Assembly (NCBI RefSeq): GCF_000372725.1
Contig: NW_005201191.1
Span: 92,745-156,744 of the forward strand
Reading direction: 5' to 3'
Origin: Emiliania huxleyi CCMP1516
Taxonomy: Eukaryota
DNA: 64,000 nucleotides
Shown here piece by piece: positions 61,770 through 64,000 of the stretch (positions are counted from its first letter, which is position 1; each line of letters starts with the position of its first letter). A program made the translations under genes and the position numbers. Under the pieces are notes generated by a model, which was not told the DNA's origin, ran no database searches, and saw only the letters and a program-made list of their open reading frames with translations.

Positions 61770-62213
61770 ATGTACAGCCTCGCCGTCACCGCCAACGGCG
61801 CTCTCTGGAGCTGGGGCGATGCATGCTTCGGCAGCTTGGGCCACAACGACCACCTGAACCACCTGCTGCCAAAGAAGATAGACGCGTTGGCTGGCCATCG
61901 CGTCGTCGCTGTGTCGGCTGGGCTACACCACAACCTCGCCCTTACTGCCGACGGCACCGTCTGGAGCTGCGGCGGTGGCTACTTCGGCCAGTTGGGCCAC
62001 GGCGACGGTCAGTGCCATCCACAGCCCAAGAAGGTCGAAGCCTTGGCAGGGCAGCGCGTCGTCGCCGTTTCGGCGGGATCCGAACACAGCCTCACTGTCA
62101 CCGCCAACGGCGCCGTCTTCACCTGGGGCGGCGGCATGTACGGCTGCCTCGGCCACGGGGATGGCATTGCGAACGCTCTGCTTCCCAAGAAGGTCGAGTC
62201 CTTGGAGCTGTGA
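61770..62213 (+). CDS. RCC1-repeat protein, terminal exon or fragment
   Basis: Three repeats like SLAVTANGALWSWG...GQLGHG...PKKVEAL, preceded by a polypyrimidine tract and CAG acceptor. Confidence 0.85.
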   Translation: MYSLAVTANGALWSWGDACFGSLGHNDHLNHLLPKKIDALAGHRVVAVSAGLHHNLALTADGTVWSCGGGYFGQLGHGDGQCHPQPKKVEALAGQRVVAVSAGSEHSLTVTANGAVFTWGGGMYGCLGHGDGIANALLPKKVESLEL

Positions 62214-63291
62214 TCTGTGCAAGCGTGATCGGTTAATAACCGACACGTGTGTGCAACTCCTCTCACTAGCGCTTTTTCGAGACCTTGACGTTCAGACAAC
62301 CGACACGGACACGTGTGTGCAACTCCTCTGACTAGTTCTTTTCACAGACCTTAGACAGCAGGGAAGAGTCGATGTGCAAAAAGAGAAGCCTTACTGCGGT
62401 CGCCACGCCCGCGCACTTGAGCCAGCTAGTCGTAAAATTGAAGCCAAGAATCGCCAAGCTTTCGCGCTACCTGAGGGGAAAGCCGCTGATCGAGCCCAGC
62501 GTGCCCGCGGCCGCCTCCCGCGCAGCTATGCCGCTGCGGAATCGGATCGATCCCATGGAGGAGGAGGGCGCAGTCGGCCAGCGCAGCAGGTGGAGTCCCT
62601 CCCCGCGCCGGAGCCCCCCTGCAGTCGAGGGAGAGTCCTCGTTGGCGATGAAGGTGGCGACATCGAATCGCGGCCGACAGACGTCACGTGGGAGGAATGG
62701 GCGATGAGCGGGAACGATGCGCGCTACGACGCCGACTCCGCCGTGCTCGTGGCCGCAGAAAGCCGCGCTCCAGGAGCACGCCAAGATGCAATGGCTCGCT
62801 TGCTTCGATTCAGCTCTCTCGGCAGCAGAAGTGGGGCTGGAGCGGGTGGGGGTGGATGCCGATTGAGGGGGAGCGTCTCCAGCTGCGCCCTGTGGCAGCT
62901 GCGCCCTGTGGCAGCTAGTCGAGGGACTTGGTAGTTGTGACCCCCCTGAGTGAGGACAGGAGAGAGAGAGCGTTTTGTGGTGTTGGTGTACGCAATAACG
63001 GGACAGGGTGGTTGTTCTCTCTATCTCCTCTTCTAGCTCTTAGCATGAGCTGCGCCCGGTGTCCGACCCCTTTTGCGCAGCAACACCTTAAACTTTTAGG
63101 CCCCGCCAAATTCGGGTCGGAGCGTAGCGGAGTGGGCCCCGAGTTTGAAAAGGGCGACGGACGCTTGCGTCCTAGCCTCCAACAACGCCTCCCCGGCGCA
63201 GAGGGGCCCCCGGAGGGATGCACAACCGACCCACGCCACGCCGCTTGCGGCGGTCCTCTTCTTCCCAGCTCCGCTGAGGTCACACGTTATT

Positions 63292-63485
63292 TGTGTGTAT
63301 CGCGCGCCTTGCGGGGGGGGCGCGGAAAAGAGGAACCTCTTAGCGCCATCGCCACGGTGCTGCATGCAGCGCCGGGCGACGACGGCTTACCGCCTCCCGG
63401 TCCCCCTCGGCACACCTCCGCTGCTCAATGTTTGACGGCTCGAACCCGTGAAGCTTCCCCGTGCGCGGGTTACCCCGCACACGGG
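63292..63485 (-). repeat. Structured dispersed repeat, copy 2
   Basis: Reverse complement shares GGGTTCGAGCCGTC, GGTGTGCCGAGGGGG, GCCCGGCGCTGC, AAGAGGTTCCTC and CCCCCCCGCAAGGCGCG with copy 1. Confidence 0.75.
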
Positions 63486-63638
63486 TCAGCCTGCCAGCCA
63501 CGTATCCACGCAAGCGTGGTCCGCGTGCATGGCATACAGGCGTCCGCCAGACAGCGCAGAGGCTAGGCGACCGGGGAAGGACTATTTATTATTTGCGATC
63601 AGGCGGCGCTCTTGCCGCCGCTGCAGCCGACGCTCGCG

Positions 63639-63924
63639 ATGGCCGATCCGCAGCTCCTGGCCGCGCTCGACCTCATGAGGCGAATGCCACCCTCGCGCTG
63701 CGAGACGTCGCTCGAGGGTGCGTCGGTCGAGAGCGGCCTGCGGGCTGCGGCTGCAAAGCGCTCACCACTGCCGCGCTGCCCCTGCCGCAGAGCTTGTCGA
63801 CCTGGTGCCTCACCTGACGGACGACCTCCTCAACACCATCGACCAGCCGCTGCAGACCGCCAAGGACGCCCAGGGCAACGCCTACTTATTATGCGACTAC
63901 AATCGCGACGGCGACTCGTACCGG
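63639..63924 (+). CDS. CAPZB: F-actin capping protein beta subunit, first two exons; continues beyond the window
   Basis: Translation: [18 protein letters not shown]...|[20 protein letters not shown]...[14 protein letters not shown]. Confidence 0.95.
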
Positions 63925-64000
63925 TAAAGGCCCGCCCGCCGGCCGGGCGGCGAGATGCATGGGACGCTCGCACGCACTCAGGCCCGCGGAGAAGAGGTGT

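Overview
This is very GC-rich eukaryotic nuclear DNA with two N gaps (8633-8732, 30497-30595). It has spliceosomal GT-AG and GC-AG introns, many filled with 10-13 bp tandem repeats, which suggests a haptophyte alga such as Emiliania (inference). Recognisable genes: a partial dUTPase, a guanine-deaminase-like amidohydrolase joined through an RLRGG linker to an HTTM-like membrane protein, a PPR-like protein, an OPR-repeat/RAP protein, an MFS transporter, mitochondrial uL4, a GT8 glycosyltransferase, a large Hint-domain surface protein, a FetB/FetA-like ABC transporter, an ankyrin protein, an alpha/beta hydrolase, a Cys-rich AlkB-like dioxygenase, an RCC1 fragment and the 5' end of CAPZB. Main findings: (1) an 8.3 kb split-direct-repeat element (A...B-A-B, tyrosine-recombinase retroelement architecture), apparently non-autonomous, inserted at a TTCATG core into a Pro-rich gene and carrying ~14 x 383 bp repeats; (2) a TALE-like array of 15 near-identical 38-aa repeats that vary mostly at a few fixed positions, fused to a RAP nuclease-like domain; (3) a beta-solenoid/Hint autoprocessing protein; (4) a two-copy structured element with swapped hairpins; (5) an intron-less block with an AT-rich repeat array and the AlkB-like gene. 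All calls were made by eye from motifs, with no database searches, and exon boundaries are approximate unless stated.
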